DNA of 64,000 nt from Auanema rhodensis (Eukaryota > Animalia > Nematoda): NCBI GenBank assembly GCA_964057225.1, contig OZ059899.1, positions 15,314,001 through 15,378,000 of the forward strand, read 5' to 3'. This document shows, in pieces, positions 42,001 through 55,374 of this stretch. Under the pieces are notes generated by a model. That model was not told the DNA's origin. It searched no databases and saw only the letters and a list, made by a program, of their open reading frames with translations. Within the stretch, counting starts at the first letter, position 1; each line of letters opens with the position of its first letter. The translations under genes and the position numbers were made by a program.

Positions 42001-45000
42001 AGATTTGGCTAGGACTTCTCGTGTTTCCGCAAAAACGGTTTATATCGACCCCATCCACAAGAATTGTTCACAAAAAAGTTCAGGCTGTGGACACGTTGTG
42101 TCCTGTGAATGTTCGCTTTGCTCCAAGAACATCATCGAAAATCAAATGAAAATACATTGAGGTGGGGTATTCAGATTTGTAGATTCTGAATCTCCTAGTG
42201 AGATTTGGCTAGGACTTCTCGTGTTTCCGGAAAAACGGTTTATATCGACCCCATCCACAAGAATTGTTCACAAAAAAGTTCAGGCTGTGGACACGTTGTG
42301 TCCTGTGAATGTTCGCTTTGCTCCAAGAACATCATCGAAAATCAAATGAAAATACTTTGAGGTGGGGTATTCAGATTTGTAGATTCTGAATCTCCTAGTG
42401 AGATTTGGCTAGGACTTCTCGTGTTTCCGGAAAAACGGTTTATATCGACCCCATCCACAAGAATTGTTCACAAAAAAGTTCAGGCTGTGGACACGTTGTG
42501 TCCTGTGAATGTTCGCTTTGCTCCAAGAACATCATCGAAAATCAAATGAAAATACTTTGAGGTGGGGTATTCAGATTTGTAGATTCTGAATCTCCTAGTG
42601 AGATTTGGCTAGGACTTCTCGTGTTTCCGGAAAAACGGTTTATATCGACCCCATCCACAAGAATTGTTCACAAAAAAGTTCAGGCTGTGGACACGTTGTG
42701 TCCTGTGAATGTTCGCTTTGCTCCAAGAACATCATCGAAAATCAAATGAAAATACTTTGAGGTGGGGTATTCAGATTTGTAGATTCTGAATCTCCTAGTG
42801 AGATTTGGCTAGGACTTCTCGTGTTTCCGGAAAAACGGTTTATATCGACCCCATCCACAAGAATTGTTCACAAAAAAGTTCAGGCTGTGGACACGTTGTG
42901 TCCGGTGAATGTTCGCTTTGCTCCAAGACCATCATCGAAAATCAAATGAAAACACTTTCAGGTGGGGTATTCAGATGTGTAGATTCTGAATCTCCTAGTG
43001 AGATTTGGCTAGGACTTCTCGTGTTTCCGGAAAAACGGTTTATATCGACCCCATCCACAAGAATTGTTCACAAAAAAGTTCAGGCTGTGGACACGTTGTG
43101 TCCGGTGAATGTTCGCTTTGCTCCAAGACCATCATCGAAAATCAAATGAAAACACTTTGAGGTGGGGTATTCAGATTTGTAGATTCTGAATCTCTTAGTG
43201 AGATTTGGCTAGGACTTCTCGTGCTTCCGGAAAAACGGTTTATATCGACCCCATCCACAAGAATTGTTCACAAAAAAGTTCAGGCTGTGGACACGTTGTG
43301 TCCGGTGAATGTTCGCTTTGCTCCAAGACCATCATCGAAAATCAAATGAAAACACTTTGAGGTGGGGTATTCAGATGTGTAGATTCTGAATCTCCTAGTG
43401 AGATTTGGCTAGGACTTCTCGTGTTTCCGGAAAAACGGTTTATATCGACCCCATCCACAAGAATTGTTCACAAAAAAGTTCAGGCTGTGGACACGTTGTG
43501 TCCGGTGAATGTTCGCTTTGCTCCAAGACCATCATCGAAAATCAAATAAGAATACTTTGAGGTGGGGTATTCAGATGTGTAGATTCTGAATCTCCTAGTG
43601 AGATTTGGCTAGGACTTCTCGTGTTTCCGGAAAAACGGTTTATATCGACCCCATCCACAAGAATTGTTCACAAAAAAGTTCAGGCTGTGGACACGTTGTG
43701 TCCGGTGAATGTTCGCTTTGCTCCAAGACCATCATCGAAAATCAAATAAAAATACTTTGAGGTGGGGTATTCAGATGTGTAGATTCTGAATCTCCTAGTG
43801 AGATTTGGCTAGGACTTCTCGTGTTTCCGGAAAAACGGTTTATATCGACCCCATCCACAAGAATTGTTCACAAAAAAGTTCAGGCTGTGGACACGTTGTG
43901 TCCGGAGAATGTTCGCTTTGCTCCTAGACCATCATCGAAAATCATATAAAAATACTTTGAGGTGGGGTATTCAGATGTGTAGATTCTGAATCTCCTAGTG
44001 AGATTTGGCTAGGACTTCTCGTGTTTCCGGAAAAACGGTTTATATCGACCCCATCCACAAGAATTGTTCACAAAAAAGTTCAGGCTGTGGACACGTTGTG
44101 TCCGGTGAATGTTCGCTTTGCTCCAAGAACATCATCGAAAATCAAATAAAAATACTTTGAGGTGGGGTATTCAGATGTGTAGATTCTGAATCTCCTAGTG
44201 AGATTTGGCTAGGACTTCTCGTGTTTCCGGAAAAACGGTTTATATCGACCCCATCCACAAGAATTGTTCACAAAAAAGTTCAGGCTGTGGACACGTTGTG
44301 TCCGGTGAATGTTCGCTTTGCTCCAAGACCATCATCGAAAATCAAATGAAAATACTTTGAGGTGGGGTATTCAGATGTGTAAATTCTGAATCTCCTAGTG
44401 AGATTTGGCTAGGACTTCTCGTGTTTCCGGAAAAACGGTTTATATCGACCCCATCCACAAGAATTGTTCACAAAAAAGTTCAGGCTGTGGACACGTTGTG
44501 TCCGGTGAATGTTTGCTTTGCTCCAAGACCATCATCGAAAATCAAATGAAAATACTTTGAGGTGGGGTATTCAGATGTGTAGATTCTGAATCTCCTAGTG
44601 AGATTTGGCTAGGACTTCTCGTGTTTCCGGAAAAACGGTTTATATCGACCCCATCCACAAGAATTGTTCACAAAAAAGTTCAGGCTGTGGACACGTTGTG
44701 TCCGGTGAATGTTTGCTTTGCTCCAAGACCATCATCGAAAATCAAATGAAAATACTTTGAGGTGGGGTATTCAGATGTGTAGATTCTGAATCTCCTAGTG
44801 AGATTTGGCTAAGACTTCTCGTGTTTCCGGAAAAACGGTTTATATCGACCCCATCCACAAGAATTGTTCACAAAAAAGTTCAGGCTGTGGACACGTTGTG
44901 TCCGGAGAATGTTCGCTTTGCTCCTAGACCATCATCGAAAATCAAATAAAAATACTTTGAGGTGGGGTATTCAGATGTGTAGATTCTGAATCTCCTAGTG

Positions 45001-48000
45001 AGATTTGGCTAGGACTTCTCGTGTTTCCGGAAAAACGGTTTATATCGACCCCATCCACAAGAATTGTTCACAAAAAAGTTCAGGCTGTGGACACGTTGTG
45101 TCCGGTGAATGTTTGCTTTGCTCCAAGACCATCATCGAAAATCAAATGAAAATACTTTGAGGTGGGGTATTCAGATGTGTAGATTCTGAATCTCCTAGTG
45201 AGATTTGGCTAAGACTTCTCGTGTTTCCGGAAAAACGGTTTATATCGACCCCATCCACAAGAATTGTTCACAAAAAAGTTCAGGCTGTGGACACGTTGTG
45301 TCCGGAGAATGTTCGCTTTGCTCCTAGACCATCATCGAAAATCAAATAAAAATACTTTGAGGTGGGGTATTCAGATGTGTAGATTCTGAATCTCCTAGTG
45401 AGATTTGGCTAGGACTTCTCGTGTTTCCGGAAAAACGGTTTATATCGACCCCATCCACAAGAATTGTTCACAAAAAAGTTCAGGCTGTGGACACGTTGTG
45501 TCCGGAGAATGTTCGCTTTGCTCCTAGACCATCATCGAAAATCATATAAAAATACTTTGAGGTGGGGTATTCAGATGTGTAGATTCTGAATCTCCTAGTG
45601 AGATTTGGCTAGGACTTCTCGTGTTTCCGGAAAAACGGTTTATATCGACCCCATCCACAAGAATTGTTCACAAAAAAGTTCAGGCTGTGGACACGTTGTG
45701 TCCGGTGAATGTTCGCTTTGCTCCAAGAACATCATCGAAAATCAAATAAAAATACTTTGAGGTGGGGTATTCAGATGTGTAGATTCTGAATCTCCTAGTG
45801 AGATTTGGCTAGGACTTCTCGTGTTTCCGGAAAAACGGTTTATATCGACCCCATCCACAAGAATTGTTCACAAAAAAGTTCAGGCTGTGGACACGTTGTG
45901 TCCGGTGAATGTTCGCTTTGCTCCAAGACCATCATCGAAAATTAAATGAAAATACTTTGAGGTTGGGTATTCAGATGTGTAGATTCTGAATCTCCTAGTG
46001 AGATTTGGCTAGGACTTCTCGTGTTTCCGGAAAAACGGTTTATATCGACCCCATCCACAAGAATTGTTCACAAAAAAGTTCAGGCTGTAGTCACGTTGTG
46101 TCCGGTGAATGTTCGCTTTGCTCCAAGACCAATATCCAAAATCAAACAAAAACACTTTGAGGTGGGGTATTCAGATGTGTAGATTCTGAATCTCCTAGTG
46201 AGATTTGGCTAGGACTTCTCGTGTTTCCGGAAAAACGGTTTATATCGACCCCATCCACAAGAATTGTTCACAAAAAAGTTCAGGCTGTGGACACGTTGTG
46301 TCCGGTGAATGTTCGCTTTGCTCCAAGACCATCATCGAAAATTAAATGAAAATACTTTGAGGTTGGGTATTCAGATGTGTAGATTCTGAATCTTCTAGTG
46401 AGATTTGGCTAGGACTTCTCGTGTTTCCGGAAAAACGGTTTATATCGACCCCATCCACAAGAATTGTTCACAAAAAAGTTCAGGCTGTGGACACGTTGTG
46501 TCCGGTGAATGTTCGCTTTGCTCCAAGACCATCATCGAAAATTAAATGAAAATACTTTGAGGTTGGGTATTCAGATGTGTAGATTCTGAATCTTCTAGTG
46601 AGATTTGGCTAGGACTTCTCGTGTTTCCGGAAAAACGGTTTATATCGACCCCATCCACAAGAATTGTTCACAAAAAAGTTCAGGCTGTGGACACGTTGTG
46701 TCCGGTGAATGTTCGCTTTGCTCCAAGACCAATATCCAAAATCAAACAAAAACACTTTGAGGTTGGGTATTCAGATGTGTAGATTCTGAATCTTCTAGTG
46801 AGATTTGGCTAGGACTTCTCGTGTTTCCGGAAAAACGGTTTATATCGACCCCATCCACAAGAATTGTTCACAAAAAAGTTCAGGCTGTGGACACGTTGTG
46901 TCCGGTGAATGTTCGCTTTGCTCCAAGAACATCATCGAAAATCAAATGAAAATACTTTGAGGTGGGGTATTCAGATGTGTAAATTCTGAATCTCCTAGTG
47001 AGATTTGGCTAGGACTTCTCGTGTTTCCGGAAAAACGGTTTATATCGACCCCATCCACAAGAATTGTTCACAAAAAAGTTCAGGCTGTGGACACGTTGTG
47101 TCCGGTGAATGTTCGCTTTGCTCCAAGACCATCATCGAAAATTAAATGAAAATACTTTGAGGTTGGGTATTCAGATGTGTAGATTCTGAATCTTCTAGTG
47201 AGATTTGGCTAGGACTTCTCGTGTTTCCGGAAAAACGGTTTATATCGACCCCATCCACAAGAATTGTTCACAAAAAAGTTCAGGCTGTGGACACGTTGTG
47301 TCCGGTGAATGTTCGCTTTGCTCCAAGACCATCATCGAAAATCAAATGAAAATACTTTGAGGTGGGGTATTCAGATGTGTAAATTCTGAATCTCCTAGTG
47401 AGATTTGGCTAGGACTTCTCGTGTTTCCGGAAAAACGGTTTATATCGACCCCATCCACAAGAATTGTTCACAAAAAAGTTCAGGCTGTGGACACGTTGTG
47501 TCCGGTGAATGTTCGCTTTGCTCCAAGACCATCATCGAAAATCAAATGAAAATACTTTGAGGTGGGGTATTCAGATGTGTAGATTCTGAATCTCCTAGTG
47601 AGATTTGGCTAGGACTTCTCGTGTTTCCGGAAAAACGGTTTATATCGACCCCATCCACAAGAATTGTTCACAAAAAAGTTCAGGCTGTGGACACGTTGTG
47701 TCCGGTGAATGTTCGCTTTGCTCCAAGACCATCATCGAAAATCAAATGAAAAAACTTTGAGATGGGGTATTCAGATTTGTAGATTCTGAATCTCCTAGTG
47801 AGATTTGGCTAGGACTTCTCGTGTTTCCGGAAAAACGGTTTATATCGACCCCATCCACAAGAATTGTTCACAAAAAAGTTCAGGCTGTGGACACGTTGTG
47901 TCCGGAGAATGTTCGCTTTGCTCCTAGACCATCATCGAAAATCAAATAAAAATACTTTGAGGTGGGGTATTCAGATGTGTAAATTCTGAATCTCCTAGTG

Positions 48001-51000
48001 AGATTTGGCTAGGACTTCTCGTGTTTCCGGAAAAACGGTTTATATCGACCCCATCCACAAGAATTGTTCACAAAAAAGTTCAGGCTGTGGACACGTTGTG
48101 TCCGGTGAATGTTCGCTTTGCTCCAAGACCATCATCGAAAATCAAATAAAAATACTTTGAGGTGGGGTATTCAGATGTGTAGATTCTGAATCTCCTAGTG
48201 AGATTTGGCTAGGACTTCTCGTGTTTCCGGAAAAACGGTTTGTATCGACCCCATCCACAAGAATTGTTCACAAAAAACTTCAGGCTGTGGACACGTTGTG
48301 TCCTGTGAATGTTCGCTTTGCTCCAAGAACATCATCGAAAATCAAATGAAAATACTTTGAGGTGGGGTATTCAGATTTGTAGATTCTGAATCTCCTAGTG
48401 AGATTTGGCTAGGACTTCTCGTGTTTCCGGAAAAACGGTTTATATCGACCCCATCCACAAGATTTGTTCACAAAAAAGTTCAGGCTGTGGACACGTTGTG
48501 TCCTGTGAATGTTCGCTTTGCTCCAAGACCATCATCGAAAATCAAATAAAAATACTTTGAGGTGGGGTATTCAGATTTGTAGATTCTGAATCTCTTAGTG
48601 AGATTTGGCTAGGACTTCTCGTGCTTCCGGAAAAACGGTTTATATCGACCCCATCCACAAGAATTGTTCACAAAAAAGTTCAGGCTGTGGACACGTTGTG
48701 TCCGGTGAATGTTCGCTTTGCTCCAAGACCATCATCGAAAATCAAATAAAAATACTTTGAGGTGGGGTATTCAGATTTGTAGATTCTGAATCTCTTAGTG
48801 AGATTTGGCTAGGACTTCTCGTGCTTCCGGAAAAACGGTTTATATCGACCCCATCCACAAGAATTGTTCACAAAAAAGTTCAGGCTGTGGACACGTTGTG
48901 TCCTGTGAATGTTCGCTTTGCTCCAAGACCATCATCGAAAATTAAATGAAAATACTTTGAGGTGGGGTATTCAGATGTGTAGATTCTGAATCTCCTAGTG
49001 AGATTTGGCTAGGACTTCTCGTGCTTCCGGAAAAACGGTTTATATCGACCCCATCCACAAGAATTGTTCACAAAAAAGTTCAGGCTGTGGACACGTTGTG
49101 TCCTGTGAATGTTCGCTTTGCTCCAAGACCATCATCGAAAATTAAATGAAAATACTTTGAGGTGGGGTATTCAGATGTGTAGATTCTGAATCTCCTAGTG
49201 AGATTTGGCTAGGACTTCTCGTGCTTCCGGAAAAACGGTTTATATCGACCCCATCCACAAGAATTGTTCACAAAAAAGTTCAGGCTGTGGACACGTTGTG
49301 TCCTGTGAATGTTCGCTTTGCTCCAAGACCATCATCGAAAATTAAATGAAAATACTTTGAGGTGGGGTATTCAGATTTGTAGATTCTGAATCTCCTAGTG
49401 AGATTTGGCTAGGACTTCTCGTGCTTCCGAAAAAACGGTTTATATCGACCCCATCCACAAGAATTGTTCACAAAAAAGTTCAGGCTGTGGACACGTTGTG
49501 TCCTGTGAATGTTCGCTTTGCTCCAAGACCATCATCGAAAATTAAATGAAAATACTTTGAGGTGGGGTATTCAGATGTGTAGATTCTGAATCTCCTAGTG
49601 AGATTTGGCTAGAACTTCTCGTGTTTCCGGAAAAACAGTTTATATCGACCCCATCCACAAGAATTGTTCACAAAAAAGTTCAGGCTATGGACACGTTGTG
49701 TCCGGTGAATGTTCGCTTTGCTCCAAGACCATCATCGAAAATCAAATACAAATACTTTGAGGTGGGGTATTCAGATGTGTAGATTCTGAATCTCCTAGTG
49801 AGATTTGGCTAGGACTTCTCGTGTTTCCGGAAAAACGGTTTATATCGACCCCATCCACAAGAATTGTTCACAAAAAAGTTCAGGCTGTGGACACGTTGTG
49901 TCCGGTGAATGTTCGCTTTGCTCCAAGACCATCATCGAAAATCAAATACAAATACTTTGAGGTGGGGTATTCAGATGTGTAGATTCTGAATCTCCTAGTG
50001 AGATTTGGCTAGGACTTCTCGTGTTTCCGGAAAAACGGTTTATATCGACCCCATCCACAAGAATTGTTCACAAAAAAGTTCAGGCTGTGGACACGTTGTG
50101 TCCGGTGAATGTTCGCTTTGCTCCAAGACCATCATCGAAAATCAAATACAAATACTTTGAGGTGGGGTATTCAGATGTGTAGATTCTGAATCTCCTAGTG
50201 AGATTTGGCTAGGACTTCTCGTGTTTCCGGAAAAACGGTTTATATCGACCCCATCCACAAGATTTGTTCACAAAAAAGTTCAGGCTGTGGACACGTTGTG
50301 TCCTGTGAATGTTCGCTTTGCTCCAAGACCATCATCGAAAATCAAATAAAAATACTTTGAGGTGGGGTATTCAGATGTGTAGATTCTGAATCTCCTAGTG
50401 AGATTTGGCTAGGACTTCTCGTGTTTCCGGAAAAACGGTTTATATCGACCCCATCCACAAGAATTGTTCACAAAAAAGTTCAGGCTGTGGACACGTTGTG
50501 TCCTGTGAATGTTCGCTTTGCTCCAAGAACATCATCGAAAATCAAATGAAAATACTTTGAGGTGGGGTATTCAGATGTGTAGATTCTGAATCTCCTAGTG
50601 AGATTTGGCTAGGACTTCTTGTGTTTCCGGAAAAACGGTTTATATCGACCCCATCCACAAGAATTGTTCACAAAAAAGTTCAGGCTGTGGACACGTTGTG
50701 TCCTGTGAATGTTCGCTTTGCTCCAAGAACATCATCGAAAATCAAATGAAAATACTTTGAGGTGGGGTATTCAGATTTGTAGATTCTGAATCTCCTAGTG
50801 AGATTTGGCTAGGACTTCTCGTGTTTCCGGAAAAACGGTTTATATCGACCCCATCCACAAGAATTGCTCACAAAAAAGTTCAGGCTGTGGACACGTTGTG
50901 TCCTGTGAATGTTCGCTTTGCTCCAAGACCATCATCGAAAATCAAATACAAATACTTTGAGGTGGGGTATTCAGATGTGTAGATTCTGAATCTCCTAGTG

Positions 51001-54000
51001 AGATTTGGCTAGGACTTCTCGTGTTTCCGGAAAAACGGTTTATATCGACCCCATCCACAAGATTTGTTCACAAAAAAGTTCAGGCTGTGGACACGTTGTG
51101 TCCTGTGAATGTTCGCTTTGCTCCAAGACCATCATCGAAAATCAAATACAAATACTTTGAGGTGGGGTATTCAGATGTGTAGATTCTGAATCTCCTAGTG
51201 AGATTTGGCTAGGACTTCTCGTGTTTCCGGAAAAACGGTTTATATCGACCCCATCCACAAGATTTGTTCACAAAAAAGTTCAGGCTGTGGACACGTTGTG
51301 TCCTGTGAATGTTCGCTTTGCTCCAAGACCATCATCGAAAATCAAATACAAATACTTTGAGGTGGGGTATTCAGATGTGTAGATTCTGAATCTCCTAGTG
51401 AGATTTGGCTAGGACTTCTCGTGTTTCCGGAAAAACGGTTTATATCGACCCCATCCACAAGATTTGTTCACAAAAAAGTTCAGGCTGTGGACACGTTGTG
51501 TCCTGTGAATGTTCGCTTTGCTCCAAGACCATCATCGAAAATCAAATACAAATACTTTGAGGTGGGGTATTCAGATGTGTAGATTCTGAATCTCCTAGTG
51601 AGATTTGGCTAGGACTTCTCGTGTTTCCGGAAAAACGGTTTATATCGACCCCATCCACAAGATTTGTTCACAAAAAAGTTCAGGCTGTGGACACGTTGTG
51701 TCCGGTGAATGTTCGCTTTGCTCCAAGACCATCATCGAAAATCAAATGAAAACACTTTGAGGTGGGGTATTCAGATGTGTAGATTCTGAATCTCCTAGTG
51801 AGATTTGGCTAGGACTTCTCGTGTTTCCGGAAAAACGGTTTATATCGACCCCATCCACAAGAATTGTTCACAAAAAAGTTCAGGCTGTGGACACGTTGTG
51901 TCCGGTGAATGTTCGCTTTGCTCCAAGACCATCATCGAAAATCAAATGAAAATACTTTGAGGTGGGGTATTCAGATGTGTAGATTCTGAATCTTCTAGTG
52001 AGATTTGGCTAGGACTTCTCGTGTTTCCGCAAAAACGGTTTATATCGACCCCATCCACAAGAATTGTTCACAAAAAAGTTCAGGCTATGGACACGTTGTG
52101 TCCGGTGAATGTTCGCTTTGCTCCTAGACCATCATCGAAAATCAAATAAAAATACTTTGAGGTGGGGTATTCAGATGTGTAGATTCTGAATCTCCTAGTG
52201 CGATTTGGCTAGGACTTCTCGTGTTTCCGGAAAAACGGTTTATATCGACCCCATCCACAAGAATTGCTCACAAAAAAGTTCAGGCTGTGGACACGTTGTG
52301 TCCGGTGAATGTTCGCTTTGCTCCAAGACCATCATCGAAAATTAAATGAAAATACTTTGAGGTGGGGTATTCAGATGTGTAGATTCTGAATCTTCTAGTG
52401 AGATTTGGCTAGGACTTCTCGTGTTTCCGCAAAAACGGTTTATATCGACCCCATCCACAAGAATTGTTCACAAAAAAGTTCAGGCTATGGACACGTTGTG
52501 TCCGGTGAATGTTCGCTTTGCTCCAAGACCATCATCGAAAATTAAATGAAAATACTTTGAGGTGGGGTATTCAGATGTGTAGATTCTGAATCTCCTAGTG
52601 AGATTTGGCTAGGACTTCTCGTGCTTCCGGAAAAACGGTTTATTTCGACCCCATCCACAAGAATTGTTCACAAAAAATTTCAGGCTGTGGACACGTTGTG
52701 TCCGGTGAATGTTCGCTTTGCTCCAAGACCATCATCGAAAATTAAATGAAAATACTTTGAGGTGGGGTATTCAGATGTGTAGATTCTGAATCTCCTAGTG
52801 CGATTTGGCTAGGACTTCTCGTGTTTCCGGAAAAACGGTTTATATCGACCCCATCCACAAGAATTGCTCACAAAAAAGTTCAGGCTGTGGACACGTTGTG
52901 TCCGGTGAATGTTCGCTTTGCTCCAAAACGATCATCGAAAATTAAATGAAAATACTTTGAGGTGGGGTATTCAGATGTGTAGATTCTGAATCTCCTAGTG
53001 AGATTTGGCTAGGACTTCTCGTGCTTCCGGAAAAACGGTTTATTTCGACCCCATCCACAAGAATTGTTCACAAAAAATTTCAGGCTGTGGACACGTTGTG
53101 TCCGGTGAATGTTCGCTTTGCTCCAAGACCATCATCGAAAATTAAATGAAAATACTTTGAGGTGGGGTATTCAGATGTGTAGATTCTGAATCTCCTAGTG
53201 AGATTTGGCTAGGACTTCTCGTGTTTCCGGAAAAACGGTTTATATCGACCCCATCCACAAGAATTGTTCACAAAAAAGTTCAGGCTGTGGACACGTTGTG
53301 TCCTGTGAATGTTCGCTTTGCTCCAAGACCATCATCGAAAATCAAATGAAAATACTTTGAGAATGGGTATTCAGATGTGTAGATTCTGAATCTCCTAATC
53401 AGATTTGGCTAGGACTTCTCGTGTTTCCGGAAAAACGGTTTATATCGACCCCATCCACAAGAATTGTTCACAAAAAAGTTCAGGCTGTGGACACGTTGTG
53501 TCCTGTGAATGTTCGCTTTGCTCCAAGACCATCATCGAAAATCAAATACAAATACTTTGAGGTGGGGTATTCAGATGTGTAGATTCTGAATCTCCTAGTG
53601 AGATTTGGCTAGGACTTCTCGTGTTTCCGGAAAAACGGTTTATATCGACCCCATCCACAAGAATTGTTCACAAAAAAGTTCAGGCTGTGGACACGTTGTG
53701 TCCGGTGAATGTTCGCTTTGCTCCAAGACCATCATCGAAAATCAAATAAAAATACTTTGAGGTGGGGTATTCAGATGTGTAGATTCTGAATCTCCTAGTG
53801 AGATTTGGCTAGGACTTCTCGTGTTTCCGGAAAAACGGTTTATATCGACCCCATCCACAAGAATTGTTCACAAAAAAAGTTCAGGCTGTGGACACGTTGT
53901 GTCCGGTGAATGTTCGCTTTGCTCCAAGACCATCATCGAAAATCAAATAAAAATACTTTGAGGTGGGGTATTCAGATGTGTAGATTCTGAATCTCCTAGT

Positions 54001-55312
54001 GAGATTTGGCTAGGACTTCTCGTGTTTCCGGAAAAACGGTTTATATCGACCCCATCCACAAGAATTGTTCACAAAAAAGTTCAGGCTATGGACACGTTGT
54101 GTCCGGTGAATGTTCGCTTTGCTCCTAGACCATCATCGAAAATCAAATAAAAATACTTTGAGGTGGGGTATTCAGATGTGTAGATTCTGAATCTCCTAGT
54201 GAGATTTGGCTAGGACTTCTCGTGTTTCCGGAAAAACGGTTTATATCGACCCCATCCACAAGAATTGCTCACAAAAAAGTTCAGGCTGTGGACACGTTGT
54301 GTCCGGTGAATGTTCGCTTTGCTCCAAAACGATCATCGAAAATTAAATGAAAATACTTTGAGGTGGGGTATTCAGATGTGTAGATTCTGAATCTCCTAGT
54401 GAGATTTGGCTAGGACTTCTCGTGTTTCCGGAAAAACGGTTTATATCGACCCCATCCACAAGAATTGTTCACAAAAAAGTTCAGGCTATGGACACGTTGT
54501 GTCCGGTGAATGTTCGCTTTGCTCCTAGACCATCATCGAAAATCAAATAAAAATACTTTGAGGTGGGGTATTCAGATGTGTAGATTCTGAATCTCCTAGT
54601 GAGATTTGGCTAGGACTTCTCGTGTTTCCGGAAAAACGGTTTATATCGACCCCATCCACAAGAATTGCTCACAAAAAAGTTCAGGCTGTGGACACGTTGT
54701 GTCCGGTGAATGTTCGCTTTGCTCCAAAACGATCATCGAAAATTAAATGAAAATACTTTGAGGTGGGGTATTCAGATGTGTAGATTCTGAATCTCCTAGT
54801 GAGATTTGGCTAGGACTTCTCGTGCTTCCGGAAAAACGGTTTATTTCGACCCCATCCACAAGAATTGTTCACAAAAAATTTCAGGCTGTGGACACGTTGT
54901 GTCCGGTGAATGTTCGCTTTGCTCCAAGACCATCATCGAAAATTAAATGAAAATACTTTGAGGTGGGGTATTCAGATGTGTAGATTCTGAATCTCCTAAT
55001 CAGATTTGGCTAGGACTTCTCGTGTTTCCGGAAAAACGGTTTATATCGACCCCATCCACAAGATTTGTTCACAAAAAAGTTCAGGCTGTGGACACGTTGT
55101 GTCCGGTGAATGTTCGCTTTGCTCCAAGACCATCATCGAAAATCAAATACAAATACTTTGAGGTGGGGTATTCAGATGTGTAGATTCTGAATCTCCTAGT
55201 GAGATTTGGCTAGGACTTCTCGTGCTTCCGGAAAAACGGTTTATATCGACCCCATCCACAAGATTTGTTCACAAAAAAGTTCAGGCTGTGGACACGTTGT
55301 GTCCTGTGAATG
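27061..55312. repeat. Satellite DNA array, 200-bp monomer, ~141 head-to-tail copies
   Basis: ctccaagacc recurs at 27121, 27321, 27521 and so on. The phase is kept until a single +1 A at ~53872-53878; the last copy starts at 55122 and is cut at 55312. The left edge (27061-27120) is a degenerate partial monomer. Confidence 0.98.
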
Positions 55313-55368
55313 AATAATTTGAATAATTTTCATTTTTTTAATAAAAATAAGAAGAAGAATATAGAAAT

Positions 55369-55374
55369 TTTATT
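55369..55374 (-). terminator. Probable poly(A) signal of gly-5
   Basis: TTTATT on + (AATAAA on -) ~900 nt past the gly-5 stop, followed on the minus strand by U-rich sequence. Confidence 0.5.

Noticed and set aside
42805-43149. 114-aa ORF (and the 72-aa minus ORF at 27240-27458) inside the satellite
   Set aside because: Each arises from a single stop-removing variant (ctttca at 42955-42960; atgaaat at 27341). The 200-bp unit shifts frame with every copy, and the other copies have stops.
27121-55312. Array as CRISPR, 5S rDNA, spliced-leader RNA cluster or hammerhead retrozyme
   Set aside because: No unique spacers. No convincing 5S match. TTTGAG|GT resembles the SL1 donor, but there is no GGTTT 22 nt upstream and no proper Sm site. 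No CUGANGA hammerhead core on either strand.
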